NCBI GenBank assembly: GCA_040752415.1
Contig: JBFMGU010000295.1
Location: 1-12,555 of the forward strand
Direction: 5' to 3'
Origin: Myxococcota bacterium
Lineage (GTDB): Bacteria > Myxococcota > JACRCW01
Length of the DNA stretch: 12,555 bases
Under the pieces are notes generated by a model, which searched no databases, was not told where the DNA came from, and worked only from the letters and a program-made list of their open reading frames with translations. Positions 1 through 7,920 of this stretch are shown piece after piece. Position numbers and translations under genes: made by a program. Positions within the stretch are counted from its first letter, which is position 1. Each line of letters starts with the position of its first letter.

Positions 1-471
1 AAGATCGGGAGTCGCGGACTGCTCGCGCTCTCGAGGGTCAACTCCCGCACTGCGGCGACAATCGCCTCGGCGTCCCGCTCGTTCCGGATGGACAACCCCG
101 AACGAATGGAACAGCTCACCGGGGAGGTCATCGCAGACCTCTACGGCTCCGCGGCCCGCAAGGTGCCCGGAGCACACAGGCTGCCACTCCGGACTGGCGG
201 GACTGTCGCCGCGGTTGCCGGCCTTGTGCTGGTGGCGTTGGCCATCCCGCTTGCGGCGGTGTCGGTCACCGGCGGGGCGTACATCTGGGCCCAGGAACGC
301 GGCGGCCAGCAGATCGAAACCCAGGTGTTCAGCCCGTTGCTGGTTGGCGTCGAGATCAGCAGCTTGCTTGGGCTCGCGCTCGCCGTCGCGCTGGCGGGTG
401 TTGGCGCACTGACGATTGCCGGTGGCATTGGGACCGTCGTCTGGTCCTTGTTTGCGCCCGGGGAATCGTGA
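1..471 (+). CDS. Hypothetical membrane protein, 5'-truncated by the window edge
   Basis: The frame of ORF 88..471 stays open back to base 1 (KIGSRGLLALSRVNSR...). The C-terminus has two long hydrophobic segments (TVAAVAGLVLVALAIPLAAVSV; LLGLALAVALAGVGALTIAGGIGTVVWSLF). The TGA ends at 471, 9 bp from the convergent chrA stop. Confidence 0.6.
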   Translation, partial: KIGSRGLLALSRVNSRTAATIASASRSFRMDNPERMEQLTGEVIADLYGSAARKVPGAHRLPLRTGGTVAAVAGLVLVALAIPLAAVSVTGGAYIWAQERGGQQIETQVFSPLLVGVEISSLLGLALAVALAGVGALTIAGGIGTVVWSLFAPGES

Positions 472-480
472 TGGCTCAAT

Positions 481-1650
481 TCAGGGGTCGCGCAAGAGCA
501 GCCCCACGACGGCCGCGACAATGACGACAAGCGGCTCCGGGGCCTTGCGGGCCTTGAGCAGAACCACCAGGGTGACCGCGCAAATGACCACCGCGCCGAC
601 GTCGGTCAGTGCGCGGCGCGCCAGCACGAACGCCGCACCGGCGATGGCGCCCGTTGCGGCGGCGGTGACGCCGTCCACAAAGGACTTCACGTGCGGCTGG
701 GATGCGTGACGACGGAAGTATCCCGCTGGAATGACCACCAGCAGATAGCAGGGCAGGAACGTTCCGGCCGCCGCGACGACCGCACCCGTGAATCCGGCAA
801 CCAGGTAGCCGATGAACGCCACCGTGATGACCACGGGCCCAGGGGTGATCATCGCCACCGCCACCGCGTCCAGGAACTGACGGTCGTCCAGCCAGTGCTG
901 CTGTTGCACCACGCCACCGTAGAGGAACGGCACAATGGCCAGCCCGCTACCGAACACGAACGCGCCCGCCTTGGTGAAGAACCACGCGAGCTGCGCAAGC
1001 GTCTCACCCGTGGCGACGTCGCGCGCACCGGTCAAGAGAAACGGCGGCAGAAGCGCGGGAATCGCTGCCCCGCCCTTCGCCCATTGCGCCTTGCCAACGC
1101 GCCATGCGAGCACGACCACTCCGCTGAAGAGGAACACCGAGATGACTTCGGTCTCGGTCCACGCCGTGACCGCGGCATTCACGACGAAGATGCCCCACAG
1201 CAACGGATCTCGGACCAGTGTCATCTTGACCAGCTTGGTCGCGCTACGGGCGATGATGGCAATGACGGCGGCCCCGATTCCGTAGAACGCCCCCTGCATC
1301 CAGCCCAGGCCGCCGAAGCGCACGTAGAGCACGGCTAGCACCATCACCATGAGGAACGATGGCAGTACGAATGCGATGCCCGCCAGTGTGGCGCCAAGCA
1401 CGCCCGAATGGACCCACCCCAGGTAGATGGCCAGCTGAGCCGCGAGGGGGCCAGGCGCAAGCTGCGCCAACGCGAGGCCCTGCAGATAATCCTCGCGGGA
1501 AATCCAGCGCCGGTCCTCGACGAGGTCGCGCTGCATGTAGCCGGTGAGCGCGATGGGACCGCCGAACCCCGTGGTTCCAAGCCACAGGAAGTAGCGGACC
1601 AGGTCGCGGAGCGTGCTCGGGTTGACCGCCCCGCCATCCTGCGCGCTCAT
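481..1650 (-). CDS. chrA: Chromate efflux transporter, long-chain CHR family (two CHR domains)
   Basis: Half 1 has GTTGFGGP and LAQLAPGP; half 2 has GAFVFGSG and AMITPGP; multiple TM segments. Start placed at ATG 1650 (MSAQDGG) because it overlaps the chrC stop as ATGA. The upstream extension to 1710 lies inside chrC. Confidence 0.95.
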   Translation of the reverse strand: MSAQDGGAVNPSTLRDLVRYFLWLGTTGFGGPIALTGYMQRDLVEDRRWISREDYLQGLALAQLAPGPLAAQLAIYLGWVHSGVLGATLAGIAFVLPSFLMVMVLAVLYVRFGGLGWMQGAFYGIGAAVIAIIARSATKLVKMTLVRDPLLWGIFVVNAAVTAWTETEVISVFLFSGVVVLAWRVGKAQWAKGGAAIPALLPPFLLTGARDVATGETLAQLAWFFTKAGAFVFGSGLAIVPFLYGGVVQQQHWLDDRQFLDAVAVAMITPGPVVITVAFIGYLVAGFTGAVVAAAGTFLPCYLLVVIPAGYFRRHASQPHVKSFVDGVTAAATGAIAGAAFVLARRALTDVGAVVICAVTLVVLLKARKAPEPLVVIVAAVVGLLLRDP

Positions 1651-2351
1651 CCGCGCAGCGCCTCGGCAGCCTTCACGGCACGTTCGTAGCGACGGTTGAC
1701 CTCTTCCCACGAGATGTTCAGGAAGAACGCGTCCACGTACCGCGCCGCGGCAGCGCCGTAGTCGATGTGAAAGGCGTGCTCGTACATGTCCAGCACCAGC
1801 AACGGAGCGCCAAACGCAACCGACTGCGTGTGATTGCCAGACCAGTAGGTGCGCAGCTCACGCGTGTGGAAGTTGAAGTCCAGGATGGCCCAGCCGCTGC
1901 CACCGGCCAGACTCATGGCCACCGCGCGAAACTGGTCCTCCCACGCCCCCAGGCTCCCGTGCGCGCTCGCCAGCGCCCGTTCGATCGCGCCGGAAGCCTT
2001 CCCGTCGGCGCCCAGGTTGGCGAAATAGTGCTCGTGCAGGATGACCGAGTTGGTGAACGTCAGCTCCCGCTCTCGCAACCCGCCCACGAGATACCCCGGC
2101 GCGTCCTTGGGAAGTCGTGCGAGTTCGTCCTGCACCTTGGCCAGGTTCTTCAGCGCGCCGCCGTAGTTGTTCTCGTGGTGCGAGACGATCAGCTTCTCCG
2201 ACAGGCCTTTGAGCTTGCTGGGATTGAAGGGGAGTGGGACCGGCGAACGCGCCGCGACGGCCGCCTTCGGTTCGGCCGCCCGCGCCCCAACCGCGACCAT
2301 GGCCGCCCCGAGCGTGACCATCCCCAATGTCTCACGACGACTCACGTCCAT
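1647..2351 (-). CDS. chrC: Fe/Mn superoxide dismutase family protein, ChrC-type, with Tat-like signal peptide
   Basis: Motifs SHHENNYGG, NSVILHEHYF, GGSGWAIL and PLLVLDMYEHAFHIDY (variant of DxWEHxYY). The N-terminus SRRETL is followed by a hydrophobic stretch and ARA. AGGAGG lies 6 nt before the ATG. Located between chrB and chrA. Confidence 0.9.
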   Translation of the reverse strand: MDVSRRETLGMVTLGAAMVAVGARAAEPKAAVAARSPVPLPFNPSKLKGLSEKLIVSHHENNYGGALKNLAKVQDELARLPKDAPGYLVGGLRERELTFTNSVILHEHYFANLGADGKASGAIERALASAHGSLGAWEDQFRAVAMSLAGGSGWAILDFNFHTRELRTYWSGNHTQSVAFGAPLLVLDMYEHAFHIDYGAAAARYVDAFFLNISWEEVNRRYERAVKAAEALRG

Positions 2352-2366
2352 CCTGCGCCTCCTGGA

Positions 2367-3323
2367 TCAAGGTGATCGCTTCTTGAACATCGCCAACAGG
2401 TTCTCGAAAAGCTCCGTCCCCGCCGACAACCGCTCCTCGTCGGTGCGGTGGCGGAGGGCCAACCCATTGATCATCGCCGCCACGCCCGGCGCCTCATCAC
2501 GGCCGAACTTGCCGTCGTTGATGTCCAGGTCGTGGATGATCTGGGCAATGGGGACAAGCCCTGGCTCCTCGAGGCCCAGGCGGTGCATGAGCACCTCGAA
2601 GCTGCACATGTCACCCTCGTGGGTGAATTCCCCCTCGGACATGTCGAAGCGCAGCTCGCCGGGCGTGTGCACATGGGTCTTTGCCGACACGAACTTGAAC
2701 CGCGCGTCGGGATCGATGAACCGGCGGATGAGCCATGCGCTGGCAATGCGGTCAACGTAGATGCCTGTCCGCGTCACCCAGGTACGTCCCCGGTACTCAT
2801 CTCGGGCGACGGTCTCGCCGGGCGCCCGCACGGGATGCACAAGTTTCTCCAGCGCGGCCAGCTCGGCGAGCGCCACGGCGCGCTGCGGTGCCGAGAAGAA
2901 ATCGATCGCGGCGATGTCGTTCATGCGCTTGCGCAGCCGCGCCAGTGCACCTTCCAAGCCGGTCCGCTCGTCTGCGTTCGTGGCCATCAGCCGACGTGCT
3001 TCTTCCGTGACCCCTGCGTAGTCGGCGTCCCGCGCCGCCCGGAACAGCGCCTCCACCTGCGCGTCCGCCATGCCGTCGATCAGTCGGGCCTCACAGAGCG
3101 TGGCATCCCCGCCAATGCTCGTGATCTCCTTGACCAGCCACTGGAAGTCCTCCAGCGAGCCTTCCGTGCGCGGCAAGACGTAGACCGTGCTCTTGATGGC
3201 CACCGCGCCAATGCGCTGGAGGCGTCGGCCGATCTTCACCCGCAGGTAGTCCGGCTTGGGCGGCGTCTGGTGAATGAGCAGGAGCCAGCGGGGCTCCGCG
3301 CCGGGGGATTGGCCGGGTTCCAT
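2367..3323 (-). CDS. chrB: Chromate resistance regulator ChrB (fused ChrB N-terminal and C-terminal domains)
   Basis: N-terminal WLLLIHQTPPKPDYLRVKIGRRL; C-terminal WVTR..IYVDRIASAWLIRRFIDPDARF, FTHEGDMCSFE and IIHDLDINDGKF. GGAG lies 6 nt before the ATG. First gene of the chrB-C-A run. Confidence 0.92.
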   Translation of the reverse strand: MEPGQSPGAEPRWLLLIHQTPPKPDYLRVKIGRRLQRIGAVAIKSTVYVLPRTEGSLEDFQWLVKEITSIGGDATLCEARLIDGMADAQVEALFRAARDADYAGVTEEARRLMATNADERTGLEGALARLRKRMNDIAAIDFFSAPQRAVALAELAALEKLVHPVRAPGETVARDEYRGRTWVTRTGIYVDRIASAWLIRRFIDPDARFKFVSAKTHVHTPGELRFDMSEGEFTHEGDMCSFEVLMHRLGLEEPGLVPIAQIIHDLDINDGKFGRDEAPGVAAMINGLALRHRTDEERLSAGTELFENLLAMFKKRSP

Positions 3324-3338
3324 GTGGCACTCCGCTAC

Positions 3339-3352
3339 GATTCATCTGCATC
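3339..3352. promoter_or_regulatory. Imperfect inverted repeat GATTCA-TC-TGCATC, candidate operator (copy 1)
   Basis: One mismatch from a perfect 6-2-6 inverted repeat. It sits 15 nt upstream of the chrB ATG and just downstream of a minus-strand TTGACA. A near-identical copy occurs at 3415-3428. Confidence 0.55.
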
Positions 3353-3355
3353 ACC

Positions 3356-3361
3356 TGTCAA
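3356..3361 (-). promoter_or_regulatory. Consensus sigma70 -35 hexamer (TTGACA) facing chrB
   Basis: Plus-strand tgtcaa reads TTGACA on minus. The -10 match at 17-18 nt spacing is poor (TAGCGG), so the promoter is tentative. Confidence 0.4.
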
Positions 3362-3414
3362 GGCAACAGCCTCCCGTTTGCTTGACCGCATGCGAGGAGC
3401 AGTGCCAGAAGGCC

Positions 3415-3428
3415 GATTCACATGAATC
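3415..3428. promoter_or_regulatory. Perfect inverted repeat GATTCA-CA-TGAATC, candidate operator (copy 2)
   Basis: AT-rich perfect 6-2-6 inverted repeat in a high-GC background, 38 nt upstream of the ATG at 3467. Confidence 0.55.
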
Positions 3429-3466
3429 ACCGGTGGGGATCCCGCCCGGACAAGCCGAGGTCAACC

Positions 3467-5149
3467 ATGCCGCCCGTCCGCAACAATCCCACGCGTCCCA
3501 CCAACGTCACGCCTGCGCCCCAGGCGTCCACCGCCTCCACCAACACACCCCTGACGCTCGCGGCGCGCTCGATCGACCGGGCGATGAAGTCCATCCACGA
3601 CATCGCCCGCGCCACGGTGAACCTCGAGCAGGTGGACAATCCCGGCCGCACCGGCAAGCCGATCGCCCACGCCCGCGCGCTGCTGCAGGACGTGTTCCCC
3701 GGCGGCTACCAGGCGCTGGCCAACCGTCCCCCCGAGGAGCTCGCCGCGCGGGTGGCCACGGCGCTGCAGCGGTTCAAGGGCCCCGACAACAACTACAACG
3801 AGGTGGAGAGCATCGGCGTCAAGTCGCTGGTGCACTTCCTCGAGGAGACGCTGGAGCATTTCAACGCGGTCCTCGACATGCCGAAGGACGGCAAGATCAG
3901 CGAGGCCGAAGTCAACAAGCTCATCGATCACGTGCAGAAGGACGACGTGCTCTCGAGCACCGAGAAGAATGCGCTGCGCAACTTCATCGGCGCCAACGCG
4001 GACAAGTTCGAGACCGCCGGCGTCAAGCAACGGCTCGACGCGTTCACCCAGATGAACAACGACGCCATCCGCAACATGGCCCTGCAGTACGAGCAGACCA
4101 TGGAACGCGGTGGTGGCGACCGGACGCTCAACGGCTGGCAGGCCACCAGCATCGCCAACCGCGCCTTTGCGGACGGCAGGATCGACGCTTCCGAGAAGAC
4201 CACGCTGGGCGCGCTGCTCGTCGCGTCCAAGCTGACCCCTGACGCGCGCCGCGTGCTGGAGACCGCAGCTGCGATGCCGGTAGGCAACATTGCCGCCGAC
4301 CCCATCGCCAAGAAGGACGTCACCGCCTACCACGTCAACCACGGCGCATGGACCGGCGGCTCGATGAAGCTGGTGACGGAAGGGGGCGACGTCGACACGT
4401 ACCTGCCCGCGCACGCCGAGGCCGGCAAGCCGCTCAAGATCCAGAACACCGTCGACGGCCGCTACGAGTCGTACGACACCGGCGAGTACTCGCCGAGCGT
4501 TGGCCCCATCTACGGCACGCGGCTCGCCGAGGCGTACACCAAGGTGGAGATGCAGTACCGCATCAACAACGGTCCGGCCTCCGCCTTCGTCGACATGAAG
4601 GCGCAGCCCGACGGCACCTTCACGCTGAACCTGCCGGAGGACGCGAGCGGCAAGCTGGAATACTGGTTCCGCTACACCGGCAGCAGCGGGCAGGTTTACT
4701 GGGACAGCCGCGACGCGCAGAACTTCTCCGTGGACATCCTGCCCAAGCGCGGCGGCACGGTGAGCTTCGGCGCCAACGGTCCGGTGACGTCACAGCCGCT
4801 CAAGGCCGGCGAGCAGCTCAAGCTGGACTACGACCTGCAGCGCATCATCGACCGTCTGCCGGCGGACCAGAAGCACCTGCACAGCGCGGAGGTCACCGTG
4901 TCGTTCGACGGTGGTCGCACCTACCAGAGCTACCCGCTGCTGAAGCGGGAGTACCCGGACGACCGCACCGCGCGCCTCGCCCGTGGTGAACCGCGCATGC
5001 AGCTCACGCCGCACATCAAGGTGCCGGAAGGTGCCACCGCCGTGCAGTTCTGGGTGTCCGCGCAGGCCGGCCGTGACGTTGTCTATGACCCCGCCGGCGG
5101 AAACCCGTGGCGCGGGGGCGAGCGCTTCAGCATTCCCGTCCAGCCGTAA
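3467..5149 (+). CDS. Hypothetical protein: Pro/Thr-rich N-terminus, duplicated helical module, two C-terminal DUF6209-like beta-sandwich domains
   Basis: Strong GC3-biased codon usage. GAGG lies 6 nt before ATG 3467 (MPPVRNNPTRP). Motifs LEYWFRYTGSSGQVYWDSRDAQNFSV and PLKAGEQLKLDYDLQRI...VPEGATAVQFWV resemble myxobacterial DUF6209 (recognised by eye). No Sec signal peptide. Confidence 0.8.
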   Translation: MPPVRNNPTRPTNVTPAPQASTASTNTPLTLAARSIDRAMKSIHDIARATVNLEQVDNPGRTGKPIAHARALLQDVFPGGYQALANRPPEELAARVATALQRFKGPDNNYNEVESIGVKSLVHFLEETLEHFNAVLDMPKDGKISEAEVNKLIDHVQKDDVLSSTEKNALRNFIGANADKFETAGVKQRLDAFTQMNNDAIRNMALQYEQTMERGGGDRTLNGWQATSIANRAFADGRIDASEKTTLGALLVASKLTPDARRVLETAAAMPVGNIAADPIAKKDVTAYHVNHGAWTGGSMKLVTEGGDVDTYLPAHAEAGKPLKIQNTVDGRYESYDTGEYSPSVGPIYGTRLAEAYTKVEMQYRINNGPASAFVDMKAQPDGTFTLNLPEDASGKLEYWFRYTGSSGQVYWDSRDAQNFSVDILPKRGGTVSFGANGPVTSQPLKAGEQLKLDYDLQRIIDRLPADQKHLHSAEVTVSFDGGRTYQSYPLLKREYPDDRTARLARGEPRMQLTPHIKVPEGATAVQFWVSAQAGRDVVYDPAGGNPWRGGERFSIPVQP

Positions 5150-5163
5150 GGCGCCGGGGTGGT

Positions 5164-5209
5164 GCACCGGGGCGGCGAGTGCAGCGGATGGGCGCTCGCC
5201 GCCCCGTGC
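5164..5209. terminator. Strong GC hairpin between co-directional genes, no U-tract (terminator, processing or stabilising hairpin)
   Basis: gcaccggggcggcgagtgc (5164-5182) pairs with gcgctcgccgccccgtgc (5192-5209), with one bulge and one G-U pair. It starts 14 nt after the stop at 5149. Confidence 0.5.
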
Positions 5210-5227
5210 GCGGTCCAGGAGAACGAC

Positions 5228-5890
5228 ATGCGCATCATTCTCGTTTTGTCCGTGGTGCTGTTGGGCGCCCGGTGTGGCGTGACTCCGCCAGCGTTCAGCA
5301 CCGGCGGCGGCAACCTGCCCGCTGAAGCTGGCAAGACCTACCACTGGCGCTTCGATGAGACGCCGGAGAACAACCTGCCCGGTGACTTCATCTCGGTCCT
5401 GGGGAATTGGGTGGTCGAGGACGAAGGCTCTGCGCCCTCGGGGCCACGGGTGCTGCGTCAGAAGGGCGTGTTCGCGGCGCCGGACTACCCGCGCGTCATC
5501 GTCAAGGACCTCACGTTCAAGGACCTTGGCGTGAAGGTGCGCTGCCGCCCGGAGTCTGGGGCCGTGGACCAGGCGTGCGGCCTCATGTTCCGCGTCCGCG
5601 ACAGCGAGAACTACTACATCACCCGCGCCAACGCGCTGGAGGGCAACGTCCGTCTCTACCGCGTCGTCAACGGCAACCGGGAGCAGCTCGCAACCGCGGA
5701 TTCCCCCGTGACCGCCGGGGAGTGGCACGCCCTGGAGGCCACTGCCGACGGGGAACAGCTCACCGTCAGCTGGAACGGCACTCCGGTCATCACCGCGTCG
5801 GATACCACGTTCAACGAGGGGAAGGTCGGGCTGTGGACCAAGGCGGACTCGGTGACCGCGTTCGATGATCTCGAGGCGACCGCGCGCTGA
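5228..5890 (+). CDS. Putative lipoprotein with DUF1080 / concanavalin A-like beta-sandwich domain
   Basis: AGGAG precedes ATG 5228. Signal MRIILVLSVVLLGARC is lipobox-like. Motifs DQACGLMFRVRDSENYY, GEWHALEA and GKVGLWTKADSVTAFDDL. Confidence 0.8.
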   Translation: MRIILVLSVVLLGARCGVTPPAFSTGGGNLPAEAGKTYHWRFDETPENNLPGDFISVLGNWVVEDEGSAPSGPRVLRQKGVFAAPDYPRVIVKDLTFKDLGVKVRCRPESGAVDQACGLMFRVRDSENYYITRANALEGNVRLYRVVNGNREQLATADSPVTAGEWHALEATADGEQLTVSWNGTPVITASDTTFNEGKVGLWTKADSVTAFDDLEATAR

Positions 5891-5903
5891 CGGAAGGACG
5901 ACG

Positions 5904-6881
5904 ATGAGGATTGCTCGTGGACTGCTCCTGGTGATGTTGGTGGCCTGTGGACAGGCCGGCTCATCCGTTGATGGCGACCGTGCCACGGTGACCCTGGCTG
6001 GCGGAGGTTCCGCGCTCGACGACCTGTGGTTCTCCTCGCGGCTTCAGCGGGTCCTTGTCCCGACGGCCCAGCATGGCCGGGTGGACCTGATTCAGCCGGA
6101 CACGCTCGAAGTGGTCAGCATTGGCCGGGTCATCCACCTGAACTCCGCCGACGAGGGACACGGACTCGTGTTGGCGGTCGACCGCGTGGGGGCGCGCCTG
6201 GTCGCCATGGATGTGGGGTCGCAGAGCATCGTTGGTTCCGCGCAGACGTCGTCACCACCGGACTACGTCCGCTTCGTGGCCAGCCGGGATGAGTTCTGGG
6301 TCACCCTGCCGGTGACGGGGAAGATCGAGGTGTTCAAGCTCGGCGACAACAACGCGCCTGAGCTCGTCGACACCATCGATACGCCGGACGGTCCCGAGGG
6401 TCTCACCATCGACCAGACGCGCAATCGCGCGTACGCGCACCTCGCCAACGGCAGGGTCATGGAGGTGGAGCTCACCGCAAGGGCCGTCTTGTCGCGCTGG
6501 GAGATTGACTGCAGCAACACCCACGGCATTCCCGCGCTGGACGAGGCCCGCGGGTTCCTTGTCGTCGGATGCGGGTCGACGAAGGCGCATGTTCTCGACG
6601 TGAAAGCGAACGGCGCGGTGCGCAGCAGCTTCAACATGGACGGCGGCGCGACCTTGATGGCGTTCAACCCGCTCAACAAACACGTCTACGTGCGCGGTGA
6701 CCCCGGCAAAGAGGTGGCGGTGTTGGCGCTCTCGGATGCAGGGGAGCTGAGCTTGCTCGGGAAGATGGACATCCCCGAGGAAGGCCACTGCATGACCGTG
6801 GATGACCGCGGCAACCTCTGGGTCTGCGATGGCAAGAACGGCGCCGTCGTGCGCCTCAAGGACACCTTCACCTCGCCCTGA
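5904..6881 (+). CDS. YncE/YVTN-like beta-propeller lipoprotein (ChrK-like)
   Basis: AAGGA precedes ATG 5904, 13 nt after the previous stop. Signal MRIARGLLLVMLVAC ends in a lipobox. Blade-like repeats: PDYVRFV, GPEGLTIDQTRNRAY, HGIPALDEARGFLVVGC, GHCMTVDDRGNLWV. Confidence 0.8.
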   Translation: MRIARGLLLVMLVACGQAGSSVDGDRATVTLAGGGSALDDLWFSSRLQRVLVPTAQHGRVDLIQPDTLEVVSIGRVIHLNSADEGHGLVLAVDRVGARLVAMDVGSQSIVGSAQTSSPPDYVRFVASRDEFWVTLPVTGKIEVFKLGDNNAPELVDTIDTPDGPEGLTIDQTRNRAYAHLANGRVMEVELTARAVLSRWEIDCSNTHGIPALDEARGFLVVGCGSTKAHVLDVKANGAVRSSFNMDGGATLMAFNPLNKHVYVRGDPGKEVAVLALSDAGELSLLGKMDIPEEGHCMTVDDRGNLWVCDGKNGAVVRLKDTFTSP

Positions 6882-7014
6882 AGCGCCCATACTGGCGAAG
6901 GCAACTGACCGCGCTCGCTCGAGGCAGGCGCGCACATCCAGGGCGGAGGGGAGTGCCCGACGCGACGCATCCTCCCGTAGGCAGCGCGTCCCGCTGACGG
7001 ACGCACCGGACACG

Positions 7015-7920
7015 TCACTGCGCCTGGGCCACGCTCTCTTGTGCATCAAGCGCGGCGCGAATGCCTCTCGCGAGCGCGGCCGCCGGGCCTTCTCCCCAGT
7101 AGTGGAGGAAGATGACCCGCGGTGTCTCGTGGACCATGTGGCTGTGGATTGCCACCACGTGGATACCGGCCGCGCGGAGGGCGCGGATGACCGCGTCGAG
7201 CTCGTCCTCGTACATGGCAAAGTCACCCGCCACCGCTGCCTGTTCCGACGTGCCCTGGAATGCGGCCCAGGTATTCACTCCCATCTCCTTGCCCACGGCG
7301 TGGCCGTCGACGTTGGTGGGCTTGTCAATCACCACCCGGAAAACGCCGTTGCTCATCTGACCCGTGCGGCCAAGGATTCCTTCAAGCTCGGTCTGCTGCA
7401 GCGGAGTTGCTCCCGTGGATGGAACCGTCGTGGGCTCCGGGGACCCGGCCGCAATCGCCCGGAAGACGGCTCCCACGGCGAGCGCCAGGTCTTCTGTGCG
7501 GCCGTGGCCGCCGAGGTGCATGAACATGATGCGTGGCTGGTCGTGCAGGAAGTGGTTGTGGAGGGCGGTGATGCGCAGCCCCCCAGCCAGCGCCGCGTCC
7601 ATGACCGGGCTGACCTGGCTCTCGAGTAGAACGACGTCGCCCATGATCACCACACGGTCACCGACCCGCTTGAAGGAGGCCCAGGACGTCAGACCCATGG
7701 GAGGTGAGATGCGGATGCCGTTGACGCTGACGTCGAGGTCGCTGCGCGGCACGCTGACCTTGAACGCGCTGTCGTCCTGCCACTGGCCCGAGACACCCGT
7801 CAGCGCCTCGATCACCGACGGGTCGAGCGGGCCGTTGGTCGCATGCACATCGGCCGAGGCAACCCGGGGGATTGTGAGAACCGCCAGGCCAAGCCACACC
7901 ATGATCACGCGCATCTTCAT
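7015..7920 (-). CDS. DUF1259 (LppY/LpqO family, ChrL-like) exported protein with tandem domains
   Basis: Signal peptide ending ASA-D. Domain 1 has MGLTSWASF...MGDVVLLESQV...TALHNHFLHDQPRIMFMH; domain 2 has MGVNTWAAF...AGDFAMYEDEL...VAIHSHMVHETPRVIFLHYW. Start is 7920 or 7914. Confidence 0.9.
   Translation of the reverse strand: MKMRVIMVWLGLAVLTIPRVASADVHATNGPLDPSVIEALTGVSGQWQDDSAFKVSVPRSDLDVSVNGIRISPPMGLTSWASFKRVGDRVVIMGDVVLLESQVSPVMDAALAGGLRITALHNHFLHDQPRIMFMHLGGHGRTEDLALAVGAVFRAIAAGSPEPTTVPSTGATPLQQTELEGILGRTGQMSNGVFRVVIDKPTNVDGHAVGKEMGVNTWAAFQGTSEQAAVAGDFAMYEDELDAVIRALRAAGIHVVAIHSHMVHETPRVIFLHYWGEGPAAALARGIRAALDAQESVAQAQ

Noticed and set aside
1651..1710. N-terminal extension of ChrA given in the ORF track
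   Set aside because: Overlaps the chrC 3' end; the ATGA-coupled start at 1650 is more plausible.
3422..3466. Start of the large hypothetical protein at ATG 3422
   Set aside because: This ATG lies inside the inverted repeat with no well-spaced RBS; ATG 3467 has GAGG at 6 nt.
6882..7014. Bidirectional intrinsic terminator between convergent genes
   Set aside because: Only short stems (e.g. gcgtcc/ggacgc) with no U- or A-tracts; not distinguishable from GC-rich background.
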